From: Rickettsiella endosymbiont of Miltochrista miniata
GTDB taxonomy: Bacteria; Pseudomonadota; Gammaproteobacteria; Diplorickettsiales; Diplorickettsiaceae
Assembly (NCBI RefSeq): GCF_964031245.1
Contig: NZ_OZ035017.1
Span: 215,402-279,401 of the forward strand
DNA length: 64,000 nucleotides
Reading direction: 5' to 3'
Shown: positions 31,206 to 41,086 of the stretch, piece after piece
Layout of the letters: the number at the start of each line of letters is the position of its first letter
Position numbering within the stretch: position 1 is the stretch's first letter
Notes under the pieces: model-generated
What the model saw: only the letters and a program-made list of their open reading frames with translations
What the model was told of the DNA's origin: nothing
The model's database searches: none
Position numbers and translations under genes: made by a program

Positions 31206-31565
31206 AGTTTAAAATATTAAAAATTAATTTTAAATATTCTTTTATGATACTAGTCTTATGTTAAGCTTAATTAATGTGAATTCAGAATTTCTGCGACGGA
31301 AACATTTTTATTGCCCTTATCTCTAAATTCGCATTATACTTTTTAATTAGAACATTATTAGTTTGCTGAATGAGGGATTTTCTATGGGATATACAATTAC
31401 TGTTGGGGCAGATAAATCATTTTTATTGTCAGACAACGACCAGATTAATAATAAGATTCTTTTCTAAAGAATCCCAATCAGAATCCCAATGCTCTGGAGG
31501 AGAAGCTTTCTATTTTACAAGAGTCTCCTTCTATTCTAATTACTGAAAATGCAGAATGGTTTTCT

Positions 31566-33162
31566 TTGGAAACAGGAGAGCCTATTCAAGAATTTGTTGA
31601 TTCATTAAAAAACTTGAATTTTTTGGAGCAAGATATCTACGAAAAATTACAGGGTTTGTTCTCCGTTAATCCAGTAGGCAATCAACTCTATAATGCGATT
31701 AAGGACTATGTTGTTAAAAGTTGTAACAGTGATGAACTTCACTTTACAACCTATTCGTTTGCAGAACGATGTTTACGTTTCCTAATCGCTTTATTAACTT
31801 TACCTATATCTATTTTTAGAATGCACCTAGTTAATGAAGGAGAGATAGGTTTAGTGTTATGTTCTGGAAAAGCTGAAATGCTACCACCAGGATGGCATGT
31901 AATGCTCGCGCCCACCACTGAATTTGTTGGTAAAAGAAGAATAGACGAGCCTTACATTCAACATGGTGCAATGAAATTGGTTCGGGTTCAAGAAGGTCAG
32001 TTAGGTTATGCTCAGGATACTAAGACGGGAAAGCATTTATTCTTGACGCCAGGGTTCCATATGATCCCCCTTGCCACGACCAAATTTATTAAATTTTTAG
32101 ATTTGGAAAGGGAAATCAATGAACTGGATCCTGGTAAGTTGGTCTCAATTAGGACAGGAACAGAAGGGGTTATTTATGATGAGGAAGGACGCCTAGTGAT
32201 GAAAAAGCCAGGGGTTCATTTTATCGTCCCGCCTTCTAAACTAATAAAAATTATATCGACTCAAGATAGTATTATGGAATTACCAGAAGCTATCTATGAG
32301 AGCAGTGATTATGTCCCCCTGAAAATCAAAGCTGATGTATTTTATCGAATTACTAATACTGAAAAAGTATGTAAGAAAATTGATCCTAACCTTTTAGATA
32401 AGTACCTCCATGATACAGCTATATTCTACCTTTAAAGAAATTGGCCAAAGTTCTACGCCTGCCTATAATGCCAGTTCTAGTTCCAGTACTCAGCAAGATT
32501 TAAATAATTCAGAGTTATCCCCGCCCCCCTATTCTTTTTATTCAAAAATGCATGATGCCTTTATTCGGGAATTACAGCGTCATGGGATCCATGATTTAGG
32601 AATAGATATCTTTAATATTAGAATTGAATCGTTAAGCATACAGGATCAGGAATTAGCTAAAACTATTGCTTCACAGTCTCTCCTGTTTGCTGAAACGCAA
32701 GCTAAATTAGCTAATATGGAAGCCGGCAATCAAATTCAAGAGGCTGATGCGAAACAAAAGGCAAGTAGCCGACTTATTGAAGCACAAGCAACGGCTATTA
32801 CAATGCAAGCAAATGCCGAAGCAGAAGCTATTAAGATCAAAGCAAATGCCGAAGCAGAAGCTATTGAAGTAACAGGAAAAGCACAAAATCAAACTTTAGT
32901 AGGTAAATGGAAGGCTTTAGCAGTAGGGGGTAAGGCTGTGGAAGGTAATCCTACAGCGCAGCAAGCTGCTTTGATACTGGTAAATAATGAACAATTAAAC
33001 GGTGTACAAAAGGTAATTTATTTACCAGGTAAAATGACGCAAGGCATAATAGGAGATCTTGTAAACTGTGGGATTTTTAGTGGGAATAGTGATAACCCTC
33101 CATTGAATTCGGTTAGTCTTTTGCCGGAAAACACAGAGCATCAAAAGGTTTTTGCACGGTAA
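31566..33162 (+). pseudogene. SPFH/band-7 (flotillin-like) protein split by a +1 frameshift near 32431-32436 (ORFs 31566-32435 and 32410-33162)
   Basis: N-terminal ORF has an SPFH core (GEIGLVLCSGK...PGFHMIPL...IRTGTEGV). C-terminal ORF has the flotillin-type Ala/Glu-rich helical repeat (EAQATAITMQANAEAEAIKIKANAEAEAIEV). Removing one T gives ...AIFYLKEIGQSS... continuously. Confidence 0.65.
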
Positions 33163-33440
33163 ATATATTCGAGTCTACAAATAAAATTGTGTAATTAGTA
33201 AGGCAGGTTCATAAGTAAGTGCGAATTTTTGTGAAGGGCACATTCAGTAACTAAGGAAAATTGCGAGGCTTTTGAAAAAACACATATGGAAAAAATTCGC
33301 CGCTTGTTAATAATCAAGCTAGTTTATTGCCGACTTTAGAAGGAACAAATTCATTAACGAACTCATAAATCAATAAATTTGGCAAAGTTGATAGTTTAGT
33401 TTATAACTTTCTTTATGCTTTATGGGCAAGAAGTTAAATA

Positions 33441-34664
33441 TTGAAGGAAGTTGTTTTGGAAATTTATTTAGTTGGTGGGGCAGTGCGTGATCAATTATTG
33501 GGTTATCCGATAAAGGAACGTGATTATGTCGTCGTGGGCGCAAGTCCTGAGGAAATGTTAAAGCAAGGATTTCGCTTGATTGGCAAGGATTTTCCAGTCT
33601 TTCTTCATCCTAAAACTCACGAAGAATATGCATTAGCGCGTACAGAACGCAAAATTGGGCCTGGTTATAAAGGTTTTTCCTGCTATGCAGCGCCTGATGT
33701 GACGCTCGAGGACGATTTACAACGTAGAGATTTGACTATTAATGCCATGGCGCAAAATAACAGTGGTCATATTATCGATCCTTTTCAAGGCCAGAAAGAT
33801 ATTGATAATAAGCTATTACGACATGTCTCTCCTGCCTTTAGCGAAGATCCGGTACGTATTTTACGCGTAGCACGTTTTATGGCGAGGTTTTCGCCATTAG
33901 GTTTTCGAGTGGCTAAAGAAACCATGGAGCTAATGAAAGCTATGGTATCTATCGGCGAAGTGCAGGCGTTGGTTTCAGAACGAGTTTGGCAAGAATTTTC
34001 CAGAGCGCTCACTGAGCCTGCGCCTCAAGCTTTTATTAAAACTTTGTATGAGTGTGGCGCATTAGCAGTGTTATTTCCAGAATTGCAAGAATTATATGTA
34101 CAATATGAACGTATAGCGGATCCACGTTCTATAGGGCAACATAGCTATTTAGCTGTTTTGGAAAAAGCGGTGGCATTAACGGATGATCCACAAGTACGTT
34201 TCGCAGCAATACTTTGTGATTTAGGTAAGGGTGTTGCAAAAGAAGAAACCGAAGCGGGAATTCATAAGATACAAGCCTTATGTCAGCGCTATCGTATACC
34301 TCGTGCCTATGCTTTACTTGCCGCCACAGCGGCGGCTTATCATCTACTTTGTCACCGCGCATTAGATCTAGATGCTCAATCTTTGTATATGTTACTAGAA
34401 AAAACCGATGCATTTAGGCAGTCTTCACGCTTAGATCAGTTTTTATTGGTTTGTGAAGCAGACTTTCAAGCTTATTCTGGACTAGGCAAAATCATTTATT
34501 TGCAAAAAGATAGAGTGTTAGCGGCTTTTACTGCGGCTAAAAAAGTATCTGCCAATAAGATAAAAAAATCGGGTATTACTGGCGCAGCGTTAGGGAAAAA
34601 ACTCATTGAATATCGGATTAAAGCGATATATGAGTTTCTACAAAAAAGCTCTATCGAGCGTTAA
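33441..34664 (+). CDS. cca: CCA-adding tRNA nucleotidyltransferase (TTG start; the second in-frame TTG at 33456 may be the real start)
   Basis: EIYLVGGAVRDQLLG...DYVVVG head domain. Confidence 0.85.
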   Translation: MKEVVLEIYLVGGAVRDQLLGYPIKERDYVVVGASPEEMLKQGFRLIGKDFPVFLHPKTHEEYALARTERKIGPGYKGFSCYAAPDVTLEDDLQRRDLTINAMAQNNSGHIIDPFQGQKDIDNKLLRHVSPAFSEDPVRILRVARFMARFSPLGFRVAKETMELMKAMVSIGEVQALVSERVWQEFSRALTEPAPQAFIKTLYECGALAVLFPELQELYVQYERIADPRSIGQHSYLAVLEKAVALTDDPQVRFAAILCDLGKGVAKEETEAGIHKIQALCQRYRIPRAYALLAATAAAYHLLCHRALDLDAQSLYMLLEKTDAFRQSSRLDQFLLVCEADFQAYSGLGKIIYLQKDRVLAAFTAAKKVSANKIKKSGITGAALGKKLIEYRIKAIYEFLQKSSIER

Positions 34665-34666
34665 AT

Positions 34667-35767
34667 TCAAGTGCGAAGCGTATACTTTTGAGAGCGTAAA
34701 TAATGATCCATAATGACTAAGGCTGCCATTGCGTCAACAATAGGGACAGCTCGGGGTAGAACACAAGGATCATGTCTGCCTTCGGTAACTAACTCCAGCA
34801 TCTCGTTTTGTAAGTTAAGTGTTTGTTGTGGTTTGCTAATGCTCGAAGTCGGTTTGAATGCAACACGAAAATAAATATCTTCACCGGTAGAAATACCACC
34901 TAAGGTGCCGCCAGCATGATTAGAGGTAAATGACGGTTTGCCATTTTTAATGATCATTTGATCATTATGTTCACTACCGCACATGCCAGCTCCTCTGAAT
35001 CCTGATCCAATTTCAAATCCTTTTACGGCGTTTATGCTCAGCATTGCTTTGCCTAAATCAGCGGATAATTTATCAAACACAGGTTCACCTAGCCCTGGAG
35101 GAACGTGACGTATCACACATTTGATGACACCCCCGATGGAATCACCCTCATTTTTTACACTTTCTACTAATTGAATCATTTGTGCAGCTAAAATCGGGTC
35201 TGGACAACGAATCATATTGGCTTCAATTTGGGTTGGAGTTATCGTTTGATGATCGATTTGCGTAGATAAATGACCGACTTGCTCTACGTAGCTAATAATT
35301 TCAATATTTAATTTTTGGTTTAAGAATTTTTTTGCAATAGCTCCCGCAGCGACTCTAGCCAATGTTTCTCTAGCACTGGCACGGCCACTGCCACGAAAAT
35401 CACGTCGCCCATATTTCATCATATAAGTAAAATCAGCGTGAGACGGTCTATATACATTTTTTAATGCTTCATAATCTTCCGGTCGCATATCGGCATTATA
35501 GGCTAGCAGTAATATCGGTGTGCCAGTGGTTTTTCCTTCAAATACACCGGATAATAAATGAATGGTGTCACGTTCATTTCTGGGGCTAGTAATATGACTC
35601 TGTCCCGGTTTGCGTCGATCTAACTCTAATTGAATGTCATGCTCTGAAATTTCCAACCCTGGAGGACAGCCATCGACTATCACGCCCACAGCTCCCCCAT
35701 GCGATTCGCCACAGCTAGTTATTTTAAATAATTTGCCAAAAGAATTGCCGGCCATATTATTCCTCAA
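34667..35767 (-). CDS. aroC: Chorismate synthase
   Basis: N-terminal GESHG signature; 366 aa. Confidence 0.93.
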   Translation of the reverse strand: MRNNMAGNSFGKLFKITSCGESHGGAVGVIVDGCPPGLEISEHDIQLELDRRKPGQSHITSPRNERDTIHLLSGVFEGKTTGTPILLLAYNADMRPEDYEALKNVYRPSHADFTYMMKYGRRDFRGSGRASARETLARVAAGAIAKKFLNQKLNIEIISYVEQVGHLSTQIDHQTITPTQIEANMIRCPDPILAAQMIQLVESVKNEGDSIGGVIKCVIRHVPPGLGEPVFDKLSADLGKAMLSINAVKGFEIGSGFRGAGMCGSEHNDQMIIKNGKPSFTSNHAGGTLGGISTGEDIYFRVAFKPTSSISKPQQTLNLQNEMLELVTEGRHDPCVLPRAVPIVDAMAALVIMDHYLRSQKYTLRT

Positions 35768-36926
35768 TTGTTTTTTTTATTGCTAGGTTGACGATTTTAT
35801 CTGTAACAGGATGAACATAGTTACCATTATTAATATAGATACTGCCAATGTCATTTAATAGTGCGTAATGTACTTTCCCTAATCGAATTTTTTTATCGAT
35901 TTTTGTTGCCTGCAGGATTTCTGCTGGCTTATATTTTTGTAGATCTTTTCCATAAATACCTAATTGTGCGAACAGATTTTTTATTATTAATAAAGCTTTG
36001 CTATCTAATAAACCTAATAAATAAGAAATATTTGCCTCGACTAATATGCCATAAGCCACCGCATATCCATGTAATAAAGTGTAATTTGATATCTTTTCTA
36101 AGGCATGGCCGATGGTATGGCCAAAATTGAGAACGCTACGCTCCCCTTGTTCTTTTTCATCTCGACCTACAACAGCGGCTTTAATTTTAACTGCTTTGGT
36201 GACAATTTCATTCAAATATAGGGCACTTCCTTGGATAAGATACTTAAGATTTGATTCCGTGTAATAAAGGCCTTTTGCATCATAAGTTAAAAACATTTTA
36301 ATGGCTTCTATTAAGCCATTAATCATATTTTTTTTGGATAAAGTTTTTAATAACATAACATCGATAACAACACATAAAGGTTGATAAATAACTCCTATTA
36401 AATTTTTACCATATAGCGTATTAATACCCGTTTTTCCGCCGATACTACTATCCACTGTAGCCAACAAAGTAGTTGGAATTTGGATGTAAGGGACGCCACG
36501 TAAATAGGTTGCTGCAATGAATCCGGTCAGATCTCCTACAACACCACCACCTAGGGCAATAATTAACGTATCCCGATTACAACCATGTAACTGCATGTTA
36601 TTTTCTAACCTTTGTTTAGTTTTATAGGTTTTAAATTTTTCACCTGCTGGGAACGAAAATAATAAACTTTTGTAGCCTGCTTGCTGCAAACATTTTTGTA
36701 ATTCTAAGCCATAAAGTTTTTTCACAGTATGGTCAGTGATAATAACTATTTGTTGGAATGCTAATCTTGGTAACCAAGCAGAAAAATCATATAAATTAGC
36801 CCCAATAATAACAGGGCAGTTTATGCTTTGTTCGATAGGCATGGGCATAGAAATTTTATTTAACATGATTGTACTTCTTGGGCTAAGGTAAGTAATAGAT
36901 TTTCGGTTTGTTCCCAATTTAAACAA
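35757..36926 (-). CDS. aroB: 3-dehydroquinate synthase (N-terminus likely shorter than the ORF)
   Basis: GGGVVGDLTGF nucleotide-binding motif and metal-binding His residues. Confidence 0.85.
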   Translation of the reverse strand: MFKLGTNRKSITYLSPRSTIMLNKISMPMPIEQSINCPVIIGANLYDFSAWLPRLAFQQIVIITDHTVKKLYGLELQKCLQQAGYKSLLFSFPAGEKFKTYKTKQRLENNMQLHGCNRDTLIIALGGGVVGDLTGFIAATYLRGVPYIQIPTTLLATVDSSIGGKTGINTLYGKNLIGVIYQPLCVVIDVMLLKTLSKKNMINGLIEAIKMFLTYDAKGLYYTESNLKYLIQGSALYLNEIVTKAVKIKAAVVGRDEKEQGERSVLNFGHTIGHALEKISNYTLLHGYAVAYGILVEANISYLLGLLDSKALLIIKNLFAQLGIYGKDLQKYKPAEILQATKIDKKIRLGKVHYALLNDIGSIYINNGNYVHPVTDKIVNLAIKKTIEE

Positions 36927-37906
36927 GGATCGGTAATCGATAAGCCATTTAAGTCGATAGAAGTAGAATTACAAGCTTCAAGCTTTTGATTTCCTTCCTT
37001 TAAATAACTCTCTAGCATGAAGCCTTTCATTAAACGGCGTAATTCCGGAAACATTTTTAAGTACTGCATAATCTCAGAAATAGCAGTAAGTTGTGCTCGA
37101 TGATCTTTTTTTCCATTAACCAAGCTATTATCATGGCTAACATCAATAACCACCGCTGGGTTTTTTATTTGCTGCGCCAGCATATGTTGCTTTATAGATT
37201 CAAGATGTGCGCGCGAATAATTTGGCATTTTATTGCAACCACGCAAAACCAAATGGGCGTAGGGATTCCCAGGTGTTCGTATTTCATAGCCATGCATAGC
37301 AGCGATATGTGAATGCTGTGCAGCGACGACGCTGTTGATACTCACATCGATAGCACCATGTGTTGGATTTTTCATGCCCACAGGACAATCTGCAGCAGAT
37401 GCAAAAATTCGATGTTCATGATCTTCACTACTTCTGGCACCAATCGCAAACCATGAAACCAACTCTAAAAATCCACGGGAATTATGCGTAAATAAACATT
37501 CATCAGCGATAGGTAATCCGAGCTCCACAATCTTGACCATCATTTCGCGAACATAATGCATGCCTGCTTCAATATTAGGTTCAGCATAGGGATCAGGTTG
37601 ATTAAGCGGGCCGGTCCAACCTTTGGTGGTGCGGGGTTTTTGAATATATACACGCATAACAATTTTTAATGATTGCTTGACGCGCGCATTCACTTTTAAT
37701 AAACGTTCTGCGTATTCCAGCACCGCATCCTTGGGCCATGCTGAACAGGGGCCGATAATCATTAATAAGCGACGATCTCGACCTGCTAAAATATCCTTTA
37801 TTTCTCGCCTGTCGAGCATAATTTTTTGGTGTCCTTCGGCAGATAAAGGATATAATTGAATAATCTCTTCTACGCGAGGTAATTCTTTAAGTTGTAGATA
37901 ATTCAT
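36860..37906 (-). CDS. 3-deoxy-D-arabino-heptulosonate-7-phosphate synthase, class I (AroF/G/H type)
   Basis: 348 aa; IIGPCS motif; DAHP synthase I family. Confidence 0.85.
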   Translation of the reverse strand: MNYLQLKELPRVEEIIQLYPLSAEGHQKIMLDRREIKDILAGRDRRLLMIIGPCSAWPKDAVLEYAERLLKVNARVKQSLKIVMRVYIQKPRTTKGWTGPLNQPDPYAEPNIEAGMHYVREMMVKIVELGLPIADECLFTHNSRGFLELVSWFAIGARSSEDHEHRIFASAADCPVGMKNPTHGAIDVSINSVVAAQHSHIAAMHGYEIRTPGNPYAHLVLRGCNKMPNYSRAHLESIKQHMLAQQIKNPAVVIDVSHDNSLVNGKKDHRAQLTAISEIMQYLKMFPELRRLMKGFMLESYLKEGNQKLEACNSTSIDLNGLSITDPCLNWEQTENLLLTLAQEVQSC

Positions 37907-38736
37907 AAAAAAGTCGCTGTTTGGTCTTGTATTAATATTTTTCTAAGTTTTTTTATAATCGTCGGCGTAAGATATTGGCCGGTTAGCAATTCGATTTGTT
38001 TTAATCCTTGACCTATAAACATATCTAAACCAGAAATAATGTTTGCGCCTTGTTTTTTTGCTTGTTTTAACAGTGGAGTCATTAACGGGTTGTAGACCAT
38101 ATCAAACACAACTTGCTTTGGATTAAATATATATACTGGTAGCTGTGACGTATCTACATTTCGGTAGAATCCAAGGGGTGTCGTGTTGATGATGATATCG
38201 ATCGACAGACCATCTAGTTCATTACTGGTAACAACCTTTCCACCAAATTTTTTTGCTAAAACCGTTGCTTTTTTTGATGTTCTATTTATCCAAAAAAGTT
38301 GGGCTTGGTTTTTTTTGAGAAAATAGGCCACCCCTCGCGCCGCACCACCTGCACCAATTATCAGAACTTTTTTATTGCTGACGGCGATATGGCGTAAGGC
38401 AAAATTGATCCCATCAATATCTGTGTTGTATCCATACAATTTCCCATCACGTTGAATAATAGTATTGGTCGCTTGTAATTCGTTGACTTCATCACTGCAA
38501 TGATCGAGATAGTTAATAATTTTTTCTTTAAAAGGTGAAGTTACTGCTGTGAGTGGAATTTCTAGCGTTTTTATTACCGTTATTAATGATTTAAGCGGCA
38601 GCGAGCGCGGCTGTGCTAAGAAAATTGCATTGATCCCGAGTAATTGATAGCTAAACGTATGTAACATAGGACTTTGCGAATGTTCTAGTGGATAACCAAT
38701 CACCATATTTAATTGTGTTTTGCTGTTTATTTTCAT
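37903..38736 (-). CDS. aroE: Shikimate dehydrogenase
   Basis: GYPLEHSQSP N-terminal motif and GAGGAARG NADP-binding motif. Confidence 0.85.
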   Translation of the reverse strand: MKINSKTQLNMVIGYPLEHSQSPMLHTFSYQLLGINAIFLAQPRSLPLKSLITVIKTLEIPLTAVTSPFKEKIINYLDHCSDEVNELQATNTIIQRDGKLYGYNTDIDGINFALRHIAVSNKKVLIIGAGGAARGVAYFLKKNQAQLFWINRTSKKATVLAKKFGGKVVTSNELDGLSIDIIINTTPLGFYRNVDTSQLPVYIFNPKQVVFDMVYNPLMTPLLKQAKKQGANIISGLDMFIGQGLKQIELLTGQYLTPTIIKKLRKILIQDQTATFL

Positions 38737-39170
38737 GATTTTAAATATTCCATTAAGGTATTCACCGCTTCTCGATAACCTTGTTCTTTCTTACCTTTTA
38801 TGATTTTTATACAAGCCGGTGCAATGACGGATTGTTTTCTCCATGCTTCGCGATGCTGCGTATCAGATAAATGTACTTCCACAACTGGTAAACCAGTATC
38901 AATTAGAGCGTCATGTAAACCATAGCTATAATGTGTGAATGCCCCTGGATTAATAATGATGCCCAAGCAATTTTTGCTCTCCGCTTGCAATTTATTAACT
39001 AAATTACCTTCATGATTTGATTGATAGGAAACGATTTTAAATCCATGTTTTTTTGCTTCTTGGGTAGTGATAGCGCTAATCTCTTTGAGGGTTAAATTGC
39101 CATAATGCATTGCATCGCGTTCACCTAAAAGATTCAAATTTACTCCATGTAATAGTAATAACTTAGACAT
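38733..39170 (-). CDS. aroQ: 3-dehydroquinate dehydratase, type II
   Basis: 145 aa; LLLHGVNLNLLGERD and type II signature. Confidence 0.9.
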   Translation of the reverse strand: MSKLLLLHGVNLNLLGERDAMHYGNLTLKEISAITTQEAKKHGFKIVSYQSNHEGNLVNKLQAESKNCLGIIINPGAFTHYSYGLHDALIDTGLPVVEVHLSDTQHREAWRKQSVIAPACIKIIKGKKEQGYREAVNTLMEYLKS

Positions 39171-41010
39171 AGTGGTTTTGCTCCGAGTTTATTTGGAGAT
39201 GAACAAGTGCCTCGTTGACAGCATGATCAATAGAATGGTTGTTATTGATAGTAAAAGCTGCCAATTTTTGGTAAGTTTCACTGCGTTCATCCCATAAACG
39301 ATTAAATGATTCATAAGAATCTTCACTTGGATCAAAAAAACTAGGACGACCTTCGATCATAATGCGCTCAAACACGATGCCACGTGGTGCTACCACATGC
39401 AGTAAACGATGCGGTTTTAGCAGGTCTTGATTAAACTGACTTATAGTCGTTCCCCCGCCTAAAGAAATCACACAGGCTGGTAATTTAAGTGCTAGTTGTA
39501 ATGCTTCTGACTCTAATTGGCGATAATAGTGTTCGCCGTGTGACTGCATAATTTCGCGACAAGAAAAAGTTTCGAGATAAATTTTTTTATGTAAAATCTC
39601 AACTTCTCGATCGAGATCAATAAAGCTTTTATTAAGTGCTTTTGCTAAATGTCTACCTATCGTTGTTTTACCTACATGTTTAAATCCGATTAGAATGATC
39701 GGATTATTAATACCGGTATTTTTCAGACTTATGTTTGCTCCTATTTTTTGCATGGAGGGAACAAAATCTGGATAGGTTTTGTTAATGGCTATTGCGTCTG
39801 TTATCAATGTTGTTCCGCGTGCGATCATTCCAGCAACTGTAAGTGCCATTACCGTACGGTGATCACCAAATCCTTTTACCAAGCTACCTTTTAGATTGCT
39901 TTGGTGCACGATGATTCCGTCTGGATTTTCCTCTATTTTGGCACCCATTTGTCTCAACCCTGATGTCATGGAATGAATGCGATCGGTTTCTTTAATACGT
40001 GCTTGGATGACATTGTAAAGTTCAGTTTTACCAATTGCTTTTGTGGCAATGACGGCCAGAGTCGGTAATAGATCGGGGATATCATTGGCATCAATACGCA
40101 TCCCTCTTAACGGTTTGCCACCTTTGATTTTTATATTATTTTGATTGATCTCTATCTCTGCGCCCATCTCTTGTAAAATACTTATTAATCGTTTATCTCC
40201 TTGTCCATCATTATTGTTTAATCCTAGTATTTGCACTTCTCCTGGAATGAGCGTTGCGGCAGCAATCAGATAAGATGCCGAGGAAAAATCACCATTGATA
40301 TAGGCACGAATGGGCTTATATGCTTGCTTTCCATGGATGTGAAAAGTGTCGATATTAGCAACACGCTGGTGCGTATAATTGATCCCTAGTTCTTGCAACC
40401 ATTCGAGTGTCATATCAACATACGGACGTTCGTGTAAATCTTTTACCGAGACGACACTATTATTTTCAGCACACGGCAGCCCCATCAATAAAGCGGATAA
40501 ATATTGAGAACTAATGCCTGCTATCTCAGTAACCCCTCCTTTTAATGTACCGCTCACTAAAAGCGGCAAATGCCCCGCTGACTCAAGATACTGGATATGC
40601 ATACCTAGCTGATTTAATGCATCGACCAATGGTTTAATGGGTCTGGCCCGCATTTGTTGGTCGCAGTTAAGGAGGATAGGGTTGATATAATTTTTACGTA
40701 ATCCTAATAATGGCAGGATAAATCGAGTCGTTATACCTGAATTTCCGGTGTGGATTTCTGCGGCGGCAGAGCTGAAAGCTAGCCCTTCACTTTGTATGCT
40801 GAGCTTATGGGCGGTTAGGTGAATGTTGGCTCCTAACGCTTTACATACTTCGATAGTCGCGCGTGTGTCATCAGAGCTCAATGGATTAAGCAAAGTTGAT
40901 TCTCCTTTGGCAAGTAATGCAAATAACATGCCGCGGATAGTGTGTGATTTCGAGCTGGGTGAGAGGACGCTCCCACTTAAAGCTATGCTTGGATTTACGA
41001 TAAGAGTCAT
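39163..41010 (-). CDS. aroA: Bifunctional EPSP synthase (N-terminal, ~430 aa) fused to shikimate kinase (C-terminal, P-loop GFKHVGKTTIG)
   Basis: EPSPS motifs (LLNPLSSDDT, GNSGITTRF), then IILIGFKHVGKTTIGRHLA...DLD shikimate kinase Walker A and DxD. Confidence 0.85.
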   Translation of the reverse strand: MTLIVNPSIALSGSVLSPSSKSHTIRGMLFALLAKGESTLLNPLSSDDTRATIEVCKALGANIHLTAHKLSIQSEGLAFSSAAAEIHTGNSGITTRFILPLLGLRKNYINPILLNCDQQMRARPIKPLVDALNQLGMHIQYLESAGHLPLLVSGTLKGGVTEIAGISSQYLSALLMGLPCAENNSVVSVKDLHERPYVDMTLEWLQELGINYTHQRVANIDTFHIHGKQAYKPIRAYINGDFSSASYLIAAATLIPGEVQILGLNNNDGQGDKRLISILQEMGAEIEINQNNIKIKGGKPLRGMRIDANDIPDLLPTLAVIATKAIGKTELYNVIQARIKETDRIHSMTSGLRQMGAKIEENPDGIIVHQSNLKGSLVKGFGDHRTVMALTVAGMIARGTTLITDAIAINKTYPDFVPSMQKIGANISLKNTGINNPIILIGFKHVGKTTIGRHLAKALNKSFIDLDREVEILHKKIYLETFSCREIMQSHGEHYYRQLESEALQLALKLPACVISLGGGTTISQFNQDLLKPHRLLHVVAPRGIVFERIMIEGRPSFFDPSEDSYESFNRLWDERSETYQKLAAFTINNNHSIDHAVNEALVHLQINSEQNHYV

Positions 41011-41040
41011 TTTTCGCTACTCATTATTGACTATACTCTT

Positions 41041-41076
41041 GTAACGCTGTATCATTACAAGAGTATATCATAACGA
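41041..41076. promoter_or_regulatory. 13-bp perfect inverted repeat TATACTCTTGTAA-N10-TTACAAGAGTATA in the aroA / trpE divergent promoter region; candidate operator
   Basis: Perfect palindrome located 10 nt upstream of the trpE start and about 30 nt upstream of the aroA-aroK start on the other strand. Confidence 0.4.
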
Positions 41077-41086
41077 GACTTTACGA

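Noticed and set aside
41041-41076. Canonical E. coli-type TrpR operator (CTAG core)
   Set aside because: The palindrome lacks the ACTAGT core. It is kept as a candidate operator of unknown specificity, but not called as a TrpR box.
41011-41086. Possible trp leader peptide or attenuator upstream of trpE
   Set aside because: The intergenic region is only 76 nt. It has no short ORF with tandem Trp codons and no alternative-hairpin architecture. Regulation is more likely by a repressor, with trpR adjacent and a palindrome present.
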